Positions 28,218-42,984 of a stretch of 63,996 bases of DNA are shown in pieces. Location: assembly GCA_051294375.1 (NCBI GenBank), contig CM119263.1, forward strand, positions 27,552,568 to 27,616,563, written 5' to 3'. Position numbers and translations under genes: made by a program. The stretch's first letter is position 1; each line of letters starts with the position of its first letter. The notes beneath the pieces were generated by a model, which saw only the letters and a list, made by a program, of their open reading frames with translations, had not been told where the DNA came from and searched no databases. This stretch comes from Paraspadella gotoi. Taxonomy: Eukaryota; Animalia; Chaetognatha.

Positions 28218-30648
28218 GGAGAGAGAGAGAAGANNNNNNNNNNNNNNNNNNNNNNNNNGAGAGAGAGAGAGAGAGACGCAGACTCGAGATTCGTGATGAG
28301 GAACTGAAAGTCTGCGTAGATTTTTTGACGACTGAGAAGATTTATGACGTTGAGAAAGATTAGTGACGTCGACCAAAGTTGAGTCCGAATCGATAAAAGA
28401 AAAAGTATAAAAAAAGGAAACGAATGATAAAAATGAGGAAAGAAAGAAAAAGGTGGAAAAAGAAAAGCAACAATAACAAGAAAAATGTGACCATTTAGTG
28501 GGGAAGAGACGAGTTAAACTAATCTCCTCGAAAAATTTCTTAGCTAGAAAAGAAAAGCAAAAAAAAAGAAGAAGAAAAAGCCGAAAAGGAAAAGGAAAAG
28601 GAAAGTAATAAAAAAGGAAATCTCGTCGCTTTCGCTTCGGTTATTTTCCTTTTTTTTTATATAATTCTTATATTTTTCTTTCTTTCTTTTCTTTTCTAAA
28701 TCTTTTCTCTTCCTTGTTATTATTTTTGCTTACCCTGGTCTGTGGAATTTATTGCTCTTTGTGACTTGAGTTTCTTTATTTCTTTCATGTTAAGTTTTTT
28801 TTATTTCCTTTTTCTTTTGCATTATCTTTTTGTCTTTTTTTTTAATTATTTCTCTAATTTTTATAACATGATATTCTTTCTATTACTTGTATCATATTTC
28901 TCTCCCTCCTTCCCCCATTTTCATGACTCATAATCTCGGGTTGCGCGTGTAAACTTATCCCAGCTGCATTAAAGCCCAACCCAAAGCCCAACTCCCGCCA
29001 GACAGCTTCCCGAGTTCCATCCTTGGCTCCCGTGCGACGGAGCCCCCTCATCCCAGCCCCTGAGCGCCGCCCCCCGTCCCTCCCCCCTAAAACCGAAATC
29101 CCTGCGGCAGCAGAATGCGAAAGGGGAAGAACAATGCAAACAATAAAATGCAAACATGGACGACGACGAAACTGACGATAATAAAGACAACAGCAACAAA
29201 CACAGCAAAGGAGGGAAAATGAACCTGACAAGAACAAGGACAATATCATAGTGATAAATTACTTGCAAACAGATTACAAAGTCGAGAATAGCTGTGATGT
29301 TGACAAAAAGTATATATAATGACTGTGACCTTTAAAATAAAACATAAAATTTCTTTCTTTGACAAAAATTAGGAAGTGAGGAATAAAGTTCATGACGAAA
29401 AATTGAAAATACAAAATACAATTTTTCAACCAAGGGCGCGGTAAGATAAGAATAATAAGAAGAATAATTTATAAGGTTAAAAATAAAAGAAAAAGAAAAC
29501 GTTTTTACGATGACGATGATGACGAGAGCAAAGACAACGACGACGACAACGACGACGCTTTCGAAGGTAACCAAAAGACGTAATTTCGAGGCCATGTTGG
29601 GCTAATGAGGATGAGGAAGAGGGGGAAGAGAAAAAAGAAATAAAACGTACGGAATGTGGTTGAGCCAATGATTAAAAAAAACATTGGAACGAAATAACAA
29701 AATTTGTTAAAATTTCAATTTTGTTTCTGGTTCTACGAAGATAAGACGGGAATTTCGTGACTTCTGGTTTTAAACACGCGAGATTAAAAATTTGGAACGA
29801 GGAAATAATGACTTTTCATTTCGTAGTTTCAATTGTTTATATTTTCTTTATGATTTATTTTTATCTTTTAAGAGATTTTTTTTTATTTTCAGAATTTTGC
29901 GGGAAAGGTTTTTCTAGCTGATAATAACGACTTCATTTAACTCGCTCTTCCCATGAGAGGACATTATAAACGGACGGAAAAGGTCGAGGACTTTTTGCAG
30001 CGATAAGAGAGAGAGAGAGACGGAGAGAGAGATGAGAGAGAGAGATGAGAGAGAGAGACGAGACGAGATTCGAAGAGAGAGAGCAGAGACGAGAGGACAG
30101 AATTGAAATAACAAAAAGGTTTTTTCCCGCGATTAGTTTTTTGGTTTTTTTAGTTTTAGATAGTATTGGATTGTGTATTTGAGTGTTTAGAAATTGCTAC
30201 TACCAGCATAGCAGAGAGAGTAGCGAGAGAGGATCGACGAGACGAGGCACGGAGAGAGAAGAGATGAGATGATGACGAAGAAGTAAGACCCGCAGAGAAT
30301 AGATGATGGAGAGCAGAGGAGAGAGAGACGAGAGAGAGAGACGAGAGATACGAGACGAGAGAGAGAGGAGAGAGCAGAACGGTAAGCGGAATGCGTGGAA
30401 TCCGTACTCTTTTGATTCCAGACCGATAAGATAATAATCCGTGATTGTGTTTTTTTTTAATCCGAGCTTGTTTTGGTTCTTTTTTACAAGTAAAAAGTAA
30501 CATTTTCCATTAATTTCGTGTTTCCCGCCCTTTTATTGTTTTCTTTAAAAAAGAAGGAGACCGTAATGGAGACACGAAAGGGAAAAAGGAAAAAAGGAAA
30601 AGCTAAAAAGAAAAAAGCATGTTGGCAACGGCGAACCGAAGCGGAAGG

Positions 30649-30736
<88 letters not shown>

Positions 30737-30826
30737 AGGAGAGAGATTTCTCCCACACGCACCATAGCTGGAAACAGCACGTGGGGGCCGCAGCGCAAAC
30801 GCGAGCGATGGCACGGCGTGCACGTG

Positions 30827-30914
<88 letters not shown>

Positions 30915-33697
30915 GAGAGAGACCGAGAGAGACCGTGCATTTGTTTATTATTAATTGATCTTCGGATACACTCGTTTCATTTTTTTTTCGTAAACCGTTT
31001 GTTTTCCTAATTCGGCGCCTTTTCGCCGGGCGGCGGGCGAATCGATACGCAGCGAACGCGGCGGCGGCAGCGGCGGAGGAGGAAGAGGATGCGCCGTCTT
31101 CTCTCCGCGGCTGCATCTTCGTCGTCGCGCCTGCGTTCGTCGTCGTCTTCGTGATCATCATCCTTTACTCTTTCGCATTCTTTAACGTCGTCTTCGTCTC
31201 TTTCGTCATCTTCGTTTTGGCAAAGGTGATTTCAATTGGCTTTCCTTTCTACCCCCCAGGGAAGACTCTCACGATTCGGTCGCTTTCACTCTGTCCGGTG
31301 ATTCCGCGTGTGATTTCTTGATTCTTTATGATTCCTTGTGAATGAATAGCCGATTCGTGGTTTGCAAAAAAGCGACTCGCGAGTATTTCCGGTTTCTTTA
31401 TGGTTCGATTTAAGAGGAAATCAGTGAGAGAAGAAACGTTTGAATTACCAATTTTAATTTAGAAATTTTTCGTTGACCATTTGATCTGGGTTTTTGTCTT
31501 TCTCTTTCATCGATTTCAGTGGGATAATTTGCTTCAATGAAATTAGGATAATAATCCTAAATATATCAGAAAAACGGGTTATTCAGTGTCACCAGGCCCA
31601 GCTCTCACTCCATTCCTCAACAATCAGCCGGACCTGATCTCCCCCCCCCCATTTTTTTTAATGGATCCACCGAGACAAAACCGGAAGTGTTCATTTTGCG
31701 CTTGGCTATCTTCCAACCATCGTCATCTTTTGTTTACGATTCGCCACGCGACGCCATCTTTTGTTCGCGGATTCGCCATCAGAGCGTCATTTTTCATTGG
31801 CGAAGCGCCATCAAGCGACGGAGCAAAACCATTTCAAAAACGCATTAACCGAAAATGGGTTTTGAAGGATGGGGATCTAGCGAGGGCGGCGGCGGCCGAA
31901 GACGAAAACCAGTTTATCCGACCTGATTTAAATACAACGCGAGATAATGAGTTTGATTAACATAACGATAATCATAATGTCAAAGACATTATTTTCATTC
32001 TTATTTTTATAACGCAGAGTTGATTTAGAGTCTAAATTTTGTTTTCATTGTGCTAAGTTTCAGTCCCCGAAATTGCTTCGCAAGAGAACTATTACCACCG
32101 CTGTTTAAATAGGTAAAATTTGTAGTATATGTTCTATACGAGAGCAAAATGAAAAGTGAAAAAAAAATGTATTGCTTCCATTATTTCGCGCAATGATAAA
32201 ATGGAATAAGATCAAAATATTACAAGATAGTCGTTAGCAATGTTACTCACGTCCCAGGAAAGCGTTGCTCATTCAAGTTATTAATGATTAAAGATAGACA
32301 CATTTAAAATTTTAGCCTATCGTCGCGAACTTAATTTTAACTCTTCCGCATACTTGATAACTTAATGTGATAGGCCGTTAAGTCGATTGCTTGGTTATAA
32401 AAGGGCTAGGTCGCCATTACAACCCGACGAAGCCAAGTCAAAAAAGCGAAGAAAGGAGAGAAGCATTTGAAAGTAAAGAATGAATAAGATAGAAGATAAC
32501 TGATAAGCAGAAAGACAGGAATGAAAAATAAGGACAGAAAGAAGGAAAGAAAGATAATATCATAATATATACTTAAACAATAAACATGGAGTTATTTGAA
32601 AAATACAGGTAAGTAAAAAAGTATAGATAAAATAATAATGAATAATCAATTAATCATTGCAATAGAAATAATAAGTAAACTTTCAAACCATATTAAATCG
32701 TATTGTAAAACCAAAAAAAAGAAGCCAAGAACAGTTAAAAATATGTATTGAATACAGTATCCTTAATTTCATTTCTTAAAATATTTTTAAATCGTTTTTC
32801 TTCAACTTATGTTGACGTAATTGCGCCTCATTTCTCTCTCCGTGCGGCCGAATTTTAATCGTCATCTTAAGGACGACCCGTCGAGCTTTCGTCGTATATA
32901 AACCGGCGCTCCGCTGGCGATTTTCGTTTTTTTTTTTCGTCGATGGCGTCTCTACGACGATTTTTTCCCGCGAGGACGGCGCCATCATGGAATGTGGCGG
33001 AGAGGCGGCGGGCGACGACAGTACATCCCGACGACGGAGAAGAGGCGTTCAAGGTAAGGCGGGCTAGGTGGTTGTAATACTAATTTAATAGTAAAGTAAG
33101 TATAATAAGGGCTTTGTAGCGGTAGTTTTTCATACTCGTCTCAACTCAAGGGTCTCGGGTTCGCGCACCGCTGATTCACACAAGTTAAAGCGGGACCGGT
33201 AGTCTAACCCACATGTAGTTACGGACTACTTACTGCTCGATCCCAAGTTCGGGACCTTGTGTGCAATGGTCGGTGAACTGTTTACGGCATTGTCTTCCAC
33301 TATTGTGGAATATCAATATGATATCAATATTATAAATCCTTCTCTGATCGTTAATCAGGCCGTAGATAAAAATTCGGATACGAAGTTGAAACCTATTGAT
33401 GATCTGCCGGGGCCGACGACGCTCAAGACGCTGACGACAACGATCTTTAAACGAAAGGCCTTCAGAAACATCGAAAAATTCAGGCCCGTTATATATGGTT
33501 AATAGTTAAGGAGTAACAAAACAATATGGAACAGGATGAAAAGAATTATCTAATATCTATAGTGTCGTTTTCGTTTTCGTTCCGCTCGCGCAAAATTTTA
33601 GTTACTTAATTTATACTATAAAGTGATGATTATAATCATATATTTTTGATCAACGTTAACTTCGAATCAGATGGGCTTACCTTCAAAAATTTGGACA
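23262..33697. repeat. Large inverted duplication (arms ~23262-26300 and ~30655-33697) with a ~4.3-kb spacer containing a 25-N gap
   Basis: The arms are reverse complements with dense indels, e.g. aagcccatctgattcgaa (~23280) versus ttcgaatcagatgggctt (33661). The ORFs ..PALTPFLNNQPDLISPPPFFL.. are mirrored at 25421- and 31586+. Confidence 0.93.
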
Positions 33698-36679
33698 GCT
33701 TTACCAAGAGAACTACGGCGCCATTAAAATCATTCACTCGTACGATCCCGCGCTTTTTGCCCAATGCTCGCATCAAGACGGCAAGCGCCCATTTCGTCCG
33801 GTCCTGCCGCTAATGGATTGGGCGAACAAGAAGGACAACTATGTTTTAGGTACAGTTTTACGTGGTTTTCATGTTTATAAAAATACTAATGAAATAATAC
33901 ACTGCGGCTCAAAAAAAAAGTAGGCACTTGTTATCTTTAAATACACCACTTTTTTTTTAATTTAAAAAAAATATATGAAAAGTATAGCTTTTTAAATAGC
34001 TATTGATTGGTACAAAAAAAATTCGAATTGGTTCAGGCAGTTGAATATACCAAGAGTCTACCAAGACTTTAAAAGTCAGTCTCAAAAAGGAATTAGGGGG
34101 GAAAAATAATAAAAATAATAATAATAATAATAAGTTTAATAACACTTTTTTCTTACCAATGCCTACAATATAGAATTGACAAAATCATAATAGAATTTAC
34201 TTATTAAACAATAAATTTGCTTTACTTTTCTATAAAAAATTTTATTAATTGCTCCCAAATATAATATTTTAATAATAAATATTAAAAAGATTTTTTTTAA
34301 AAATTATATAAAAATAAAAAAATAATTCATGACAAAAAATAAATAATTCAATTTTAAGAGTTTACATTAATCTGCTTTAACATAGGATGCCATAAGGAAA
34401 AACTTAAATGTAAAAAAGCTTTGAAAATAACCTTGGATAAATTATAATTCAACTGTTTTTTTTATTTTTAAATGATTATTTTTTCATATAGTTTCCCAAC
34501 TTATCTTAATTTGATTTAGGTCAAAAATGGTTGACACCTATCTCTACAAATATTTGATGCTGAATATGTTCAAACAATTTCATATTATAAATATTTTATA
34601 ATAAGGAAAAATCATAAATTCTTTGTCTAAATTTTTTTTTTTCATCAGATTTTTTGTACCAATTAACTTCGACGTCCTATAACTTTAACCAATAGCTTCA
34701 TCTTTCAATAAGCTTTGTTTTATGTTTCTATATCTCTGTAAAATTCAGCCATCCAATATAGCTTTTTTTGTGTAAAAAAAGTCGCTACCTTTTTTTGCGC
34801 CACAGTATAATATATAATATTTTCCACTTCATTGATAGGGAAGCCAGGTNNNNNNNNNNATAGTTAATACTGTCCAATTTCTTTTACAGGGTTAGGCAGT
34901 AAAAACGGGGAAGAATGGGAGCGACAAAGAAGGATTCTAAAAGAAGTGATGCTGTCGTTTGACGCTGTGGAAAGAATATTTATTCCATGGATTAACATAG
35001 TAAGTAACTACAACCATTAGGGACAGCGTGATCATTTTGATTTTCGAAATGAATTGACGTTTAACGCTGAGTACATATTAGCATTTTGCTAGGGATGAAA
35101 GTAGAAGCTCGTTAAAAAATTCAAAATAATTAAATCTACACATTTTTGAAAAAATCTTTTGGAAGTTTTTCCTCTCAGATACTTTGTATTTGTTAATATT
35201 AAGCTTTTTATAATTATTTTTAACTTAATGCCACAGGTGACGAAAGACTTGATCCGATCGATTAAAGAAGATCTAAGGGAGAATAGAATCATAGACTTTA
35301 ACACTTTACTCACGAGATACACCATGGAAGCTGTGACGGCGGTTTCTCTCGGTGAAAGGGTGAATCTGATTAACAGGTAGAATAATATGAGACGGAAGCT
35401 CGAAGTTCAAATGACTTAATCCATAAATTATATAAAATAACAACTAGTTAATGGGCTTTCGCAGAAAAGTTCAAGACCCCGAGGGCGAAATCTTGCTGGG
35501 ATGCGCGATCGCCATGTTGGAATCGGTCGCGAGGACGCAATGGTCCACCCCTCTTTATCGAATTTTCAAAACGCCTTCTTACAAGTAAAGTTAATACATT
35601 TATAAGTTAAATTGAATTTAACGAATCTATTTATTTCCTCCAGAAAATTCATCGATGCTTACAAAGAGATAAGCTTGATTCTTCGGCAGCGCATCCGCTT
35701 TCCCGATCATTCCGCGACGAGGGCTTCGTCGCCGACGTCGTTGAAGCAAGAGTTGATGGGTCGAGGCGTCAACGCGCTGGAGATTGAGAGCATCGTAGGA
35801 GACTTTTTCACGGCGGGAATAGTCTCAACGTCCTCGGCGTTGTCGTTTCTGCTTTATAATTTGGCCACAAATCCGCAAAGTCAGCATCGTCTGCGCGAAG
35901 AGATAACGAAGGAGAACTTTTCAGAGGTACGGTACTTTAATTTGATTTCGAAAACTACATACGGCTTGAAACATACGTATTTTTTCAAGTGCATAATTTT
36001 GGCAGTAGCGCGTCACCATGAGTCAGACGATCACGAGTCACTCGATCCCAAATAGCCAATAGTCATTTCTTCAGGACATAACCCGACGAGATTTGGCAAG
36101 ACTACCTTTCTTGTCGGCTTGCATAAAGGAATCTTTCCGGCTTTTCTATCCAGTGGCTGGAGGGACGTTTAGAATTCTTTCAGAACCAATCAGTTATAAA
36201 GGTTATTGGATTCCGAAATCCACGGGAATATTTTTTAATAATCAGGTTTGCATTGATATAGTTTTATATATTTATATATATAAATTGTACCGCTTTTCAA
36301 TCCGCTCCTTCCAAAGGTCATGTGCAAGATGGAAGAATACGTCCCTCGCCCGAACGAGTATCTGCCGGAAAGATGGTTGAGCACGCGTCATTCGGAGAAC
36401 AAAGCTGACAACGCGGCCGCCAACTCGACCACGAGACAAGCCGAACACTCGTCCTTACGACCTCCGCCCTACGTGGTCCTTCCCTTCGGCCACGGACCCA
36501 GAGCCTGTGTGGGCAAGAGGTTCGTGGAGTCGATGCTCTCCCTCGCCGTCGTCAGCATCGTCAAGGACTTCAGTATCGATTACGCTGAAGGAAAATCTCT
36601 GGGGATCGAGTCGAAGATCTTCACGGTGCCCGACAGGAATCTCGAGTTACTCGTCAAACTTCGCGAGTGGCCACTATAG
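33266..36679 (+). CDS. Cytochrome P450, mitochondrial clan. Exons ~33266-33497 (uncertain), 33671-33849, 34890-34999, 35237-35376, 35465-35584, 35644-35926, 36075-36245, 36317-36679
   Basis: Motifs: LKPIDDLPGP (mito-clan N-terminal PGP), KFGQLYQENYG..IHSYDP, GKRPFRP, NGEEWERQRR (C-helix WxxxR), DFFTAGIVST (I-helix), IKESFR (ExxR), YLPERW and PFGHGPRACVG (heme Cys). The GT-AG introns between exons 2 and 8 are phase-compatible. The first exon lies in noisy duplicated sequence. Confidence 0.93.
33900..34807. mobile_element. Tc1/mariner-type non-autonomous element (MITE) in P450 intron 2
   Basis: TA|CACTGCGGCTCAAAAAAAAGTAG at the left end and CTACCTTTTTTTGCGCCACAGTA|TA at the right end form imperfect TIRs with TA flanks. 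Internal inverted motifs ttggtacaaaaaa / ttttttgtaccaa are present. The interior is AT-rich with no transposase ORF. Confidence 0.65.
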
Positions 36680-36961
36680 GCTAATTATAACTATCTGTGA
36701 GATTGACTAAAGTCTAAATTGTCTAATATCGTTTTAAAAGAGTTTTTATAGAATAGTAAAAAGAACTTTTGCATTTAACGGTTCTCTTTCCCGCGCAAGG
36801 TGAACTGAATGATGTAGACAACTGTATTTTGTCTGTAAAATGGAAACGCTATGTTGCAAGAGAAATGTGATAAAAAGAGAAAGAAAACGAATATTAACAA
36901 AACAATGTAAATGAACAATCGAGAACTTCGACGCTTGTCGAAACGAGAGGAAAAAACCGCG

Positions 36962-37808
<847 letters not shown>

Positions 37809-38085
37809 TTTTTATTTTTTTCGGTCCGACAAAAGGTTTTGGAAATAATATTCCAAAAATAGTTCCAGTTTCGGTAATCAACACTATGTTTAATACAGAA
37901 TATATATGTTCCGAAAAATTTAAAAACCGGTAGCTTGGCGTTCTTTCTTGTTATCGTCAATGAGACAGCGTGACTTCGTGAGGAGCAATTTTGTTCATTT
38001 CAATATGAACAGGAAGAGCAAAAAAATTTAGTTGCTATGAATGACGGAAGGCGGCATTTTCTTGCATCAAAAAATATCGATGGCG

Positions 38086-38161
38086 ATTGGCTGTAGAATC
38101 TTGAGCTTCCTTAATCACGATTGGCTGAATAACGTTTTTTTTCATTCTGTATGGAGATTGG
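38086..38161 (-). promoter_or_regulatory. Three regularly spaced CCAAT boxes upstream of NUDT21
   Basis: ATTGG at 38086, 38120 and 38157 (spacing 34 and 37 bp), about 280-350 bp upstream of the ATG. Confidence 0.5.
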
Positions 38162-39477
38162 TGGCATTCGCAATGTGATGTGATTAATGGAGATGCTAAA
38201 GTTTTATACCGACCTCTTCTTACAAAATCTTGAAACCTTTTTTTCAGTAGAAGAACAAATGAACTTCTTGCCTACTCATTTGTAGAAATTTAGAGCCAAG
38301 ACTTGGCAAGAGCATCATCTGTAGTAAAGTCCAAAATTTTTATATCTTAAGACATTCAATTATTATACTTAAATAATTTTAGTATAATTATTCCTTAATT
38401 TGCCAAAATGACAATCAGCGACGTCGTTTTCGACCTATATTTTTCCTTATTTTGACCTTGCCCAAAATCTGGAGTAAAGTAGAATAAATTAAATATTTAT
38501 AAATTAGGATAATAATTTTGTTCATAAAAAAATTCATATATATCTTAGGTTTTCATTGTCAAACTACCTGAAATATTATTGAAAGTTTTTAAACTTCATG
38601 GCAACGTAGTGTCCTTAGCTTTCTTTCCTGCATCAAACTGACACCATATTTTCCGCAAGCCCCATTACCTGTCAGCAATGTCGTCGAGTCGTTAACGCAT
38701 TTTTAAGAAACCCACAACAAAGCGTCGTTTTTTATCCTCATCCAATACGATGGCGCAGATCGCCCCGACCTCCGAGGTATCGTGACCTCGAACCAATAAG
38801 AGCGCGACATTGTTTCTCGAGTTGGCCAATCGACGTCATCTTGTGATTCTCGCTTCCGCGCGCGAGACGAGAAAACGTCCCGCGATCAACAGGCATTTCC
38901 TCCATGCGTTTGGAGTCTCGCGACTGAAACAAGAGAAGAAACCGGCCAAAGTCGCAAAGAGAAAAACGACGTCCAAGAATAATACAAAAAAGTATTTTAA
39001 AAAACAGGATACGTTTAATATCAAAATTTATTTATTATGTAAATGTATTGCGTAAACTATTCGCTTTTTTTTTTATTAAATCTGAAACCAAAATTCACAA
39101 AATGAAATTAATCAAAATACAAAATCCAAAATCCACTAAATGTGAATTATCATTTTTTTTCGTCATTCAACGAATAAATCATATAAATATCTACTTTATA
39201 AATATAAACAAAAAAAAACAACATCGAAAAACTAAATAACCTTTCGTAACTAATTTTGATTTTGAAAAAATAAGAAACACTTTAAGTCCTCGTCTCATCC
39301 TCGTTTAAAGATGTAAATGAAACCGCCTCTCAAAACTGACGATATTAACGACGACAACGACGACGAAACTCGCGCGCGACGGGGAAGCCATTTGCATTTA
39401 GTCTCCTTTTTTCAGCCTTTTCGCGTTTTATGCGATTGAGACGGGATCCATGGCGCCAAGTGAGGAGAAAGGGGAAG

Positions 39478-39537
<60 letters not shown>

Positions 39538-39955
39538 CTGGAGCCATTTTTCTCCTTTGAATAAACTTGCAAATATTATTGGCAAAAGCGTCTCAATAGC
39601 GGAACAAAGAAGTGGGTTTCGCGTCTCCTCCACCAGATTTTATTTTCTAGAATATGTTACTACATATTAAGCGATTTAATTACTTTAACAACTATTCTAT
39701 AAATTGCCTTTTAACACGTTTCCTCGACCACAAAAATCGATTGCGTCGACTAAATTTTATCCAACGCAGCGATTGAGAAGGTCACGTGACCTCGTGAGTT
39801 GATTGGAACCGAAAACCCATCGCGATTCGCCGGGAAATTCGAGGATTGGCGAGGATCGAGTCTTCCTTATTTCGGCCGCAATCCGATTATCGCCAAGAAA
39901 ACAAGTCTGTCTCTGGGCGTGGCCCTTGTTTCCATTATCGTTGATTCATCTCTTT

Positions 39956-40040
<85 letters not shown>

Positions 40041-41025
40041 CTTTCTATCTTCCATATCGCTTATACTTTTCGATACCACCATCATTCTCTCTCTCTTCTC
40101 TCTCTCTCTCTCTCTCGCTCTCTCTCTTCTATCTTTCTCTCTTCTCTTTCTATCTTTCTCTCTTTCCTTATTCACTTTTCCATAAAGGTGGCATCTTTCT
40201 TACAAGAATCTTCTTCATTCCTCCATCCCTTCAAGAAAACGGCTCACATTCCTCTTAACTTCGTCTGACCTCGCTTCGCCTCTTATTTCGAAATTCTTTC
40301 TTTTGATATTACTTTTACGGCTTGTCCTCTCCGGAGAAAATCAAAATAAATACATATATTAAAGATTATGATAAATGTGAGTATTTAAAAATGCAAAATA
40401 AATCATGCGTCTTCAAGAACGACAAGCTTTGGCCCCGGTGCGCGGTTTCCAGTATCCCTCCATTCTGCAATGTGCATCTTTGTTGCCAGTTCTCCACTTT
40501 ACTGGAGATTTTCTTAAACCATCCATCCATCGGCCGCGACACTTCTTCGGAACTCTCCCACACATACTCGTCATAGAAGAACCGGCTCACACACAAAAGT
40601 CGCGAACGGAAATAGAACCCGTGCGCCTGGGAAGGAAAAACGAGTGTGTCTCTCTCTCGCTCGTTCGCGAACACATAAATCCTGTCTGTTTGCAAGTGGA
40701 TCTTGTTCGGGTGGAGAAGTCAGAAGTCTGTATTATTGAGTAAAGTTTGGAGAATAAATCCTTGGACTTGAATTTTACAATCCATTTAATTTTCTTTGTT
40801 TTTTTACGTAAATGACTGAACAAAATACGGACGCCTTCAGATTTTTTCAAACGAGGAACATTTTTTTTCTCTAATGTTTTCCATCCCATCAAACTCGAAC
40901 GAAAGCTGAGGTCTTTACTCTGGAAAACACGGAAAGGCCATTGTCTGGGAGATTGAAGTTGCTCCGCACTTGATGGAATAGAGACGGAAAGGAGAAGAGA
41001 GAGAGAGAGAGAAAAAGAGAGAGAT

Positions 41026-41103
<78 letters not shown>

Positions 41104-41959
41104 AAATGGAGAATGCCAGAATGCGGGAGGAAGGAAAAGGGTGACAGTTCTGGGTTGGAAACTGGAAATAAATTGATCCAACAGAAAATTAGTTAAAGTT
41201 AAAGTTAAAGTTAAAGTTAAACGGCTTCAGGGATGGAAATGAGAAAGTGTCTTTATAAAAGCAGGAAATAACACTTTATAACTTTACTTTTAATTTAAAA
41301 AGGGGCAACCCATCTTAATATTTATTATTTTAATTTTTTATATTTTGAGAATTTAATTTTATTCCGCATACCATCAACGTTGATTTTATCATTTTGTTGA
41401 TGAATGATAATACCATTGTTTTAAATCTTTTTAATATAAAACTAGAAATAAACTATTCTGGTTATTGATGGTAACGGTAAAGTAAAAAAAAATAAAACTT
41501 TTATAATAAGCGAGACGCCGCTTGCGAAGAAAAAATGATGTTGGGTGGAACCGAGAACCGGAAGTAGATCAGAAAAACTCTGGGGAGAAAAAGAAAGATG
41601 GACGCGTAACTTTCCTTTGACGCAAACGTGAGAAATTTTATCTCTAAATCTTTCCACCCTAATTATTTTACGGATTCTTTAAGTTGTCCTTACGTTGTCG
41701 TTTTATTGTCTAATTGTTTAGATTTAGTATCCTCAATTGCTATTGTTATTATTTTTTGTTTGAGAATAAATATCTCTCGAACTGAACCTCTTGTTATTAA
41801 TATCTCCGTCATATATTTAGGATAGTAAATTTCTGTTTATTCTATATTTAATTTTTATTTTCATTCTTATATTTATATTATTTTTTTACTTGTTTCATGA
41901 ATACATTTACGGAAGACATTGCCGCGAGCTCAGGTCCAAGAACATTGAATCTGACATTA

Positions 41960-42008
41960 GAGCAGGTCTCGAATCCGAGTCCTTCAGGTTGGGAGAAACA
42001 CATGCTAA
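41960..42008 (-). mobile_element. Truncated tRNA-derived SINE-like head
   Basis: The reverse complement tagcatgtgtttctcccaacctgaaggactcGGATTCGAGACC has a B-box-like motif and resembles the element at 49750-49825. Confidence 0.45.
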
Positions 42009-42907
42009 GTAAAAGATAATATATATATTAATTGTAAAGTAGTATAATACAGACTAAGGTTATTAATGAAATTTGACTGTATTAATTACAATTTTTGAAA
42101 AAGATTATGAGAAATTGAACAGGAAATTCAGATTCAGTCAATCGATTGAGCGTTTTTTTTTTATTTTGTAGCACATGAAAAAGGTGAATAAAAGAAAGAA
42201 AGAAACAAAAGAAGGAAGAAAGACTATAGCACCGACCGACCACACTCATAAATAATTGATAATTCCCTCCTATTCCCTTTGGCGTCAATCAGTGATATGA
42301 ACGGGAAAAAAAACTTGGAAGCGGTGAGATGAAAGGAATGGAATCCGTTTTGACCCATTTTATGCTCCTCCTTATTCTTCTCTCTATATTTTCTATTTTA
42401 TTCCGGGCGTTTCCTCCCCCTCTCTCTCTCTCGCTCTCGCTCTCTCGCTCTCGCTCTCTCGCTCCCTCTCTCTCTCTCTCTCGCTGGCCAAGATTTCCAG
42501 TTATAAAACCCAGAGATTTTTGCAGATTCATCGATTTCTTCGTCACAAGAATCACGAACGACACGAGACGATGTTTTTCTAGTCTATTTTTAGATCCCTA
42601 ACATAATTTCAGTTTTTTTCATCCATGCATCAGCTTAGAATAGCAACATTTATTTATTTATTTATTAATTTATTTATTTATGAATATAGTTATGTTCATT
42701 TGTGCTAAAATTTAAGTTGTAGTTTCTTATTCAAACTTAAAATGACATTTTTAAAAACATTTTATGGTTGAAATTGTTTCATTTTGACATTTCTATATCC
42801 ATAAAAAATATCGGGTTTTTTTTCGATCGAAAATCCTTTCAACCGCAAAAGCCTCGTTTTCGTGTCAGAATCATTGTTATCGTTATCGAGTATCGACTCC
42901 ACTTTGT

Positions 42908-42984
42908 GGCGGCGGCGGCGGCTGCGGCGGCGGCGGCTGCGGCGGCGGCGGCGGCAGCGGCGGCGGTGGCGGCAGCGGCGGCGC
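42908..42984. repeat. (GCG)n trinucleotide repeat with GCT/GCA/GTG interruptions
   Basis: About 25 triplets read directly from the sequence. Confidence 0.9.

Noticed and set aside
33266-36679. Naming the P450 as a specific Halloween gene (e.g. CYP302A1)
   Set aside because: The motifs support the mitochondrial clan only. Orthology needs a phylogeny.
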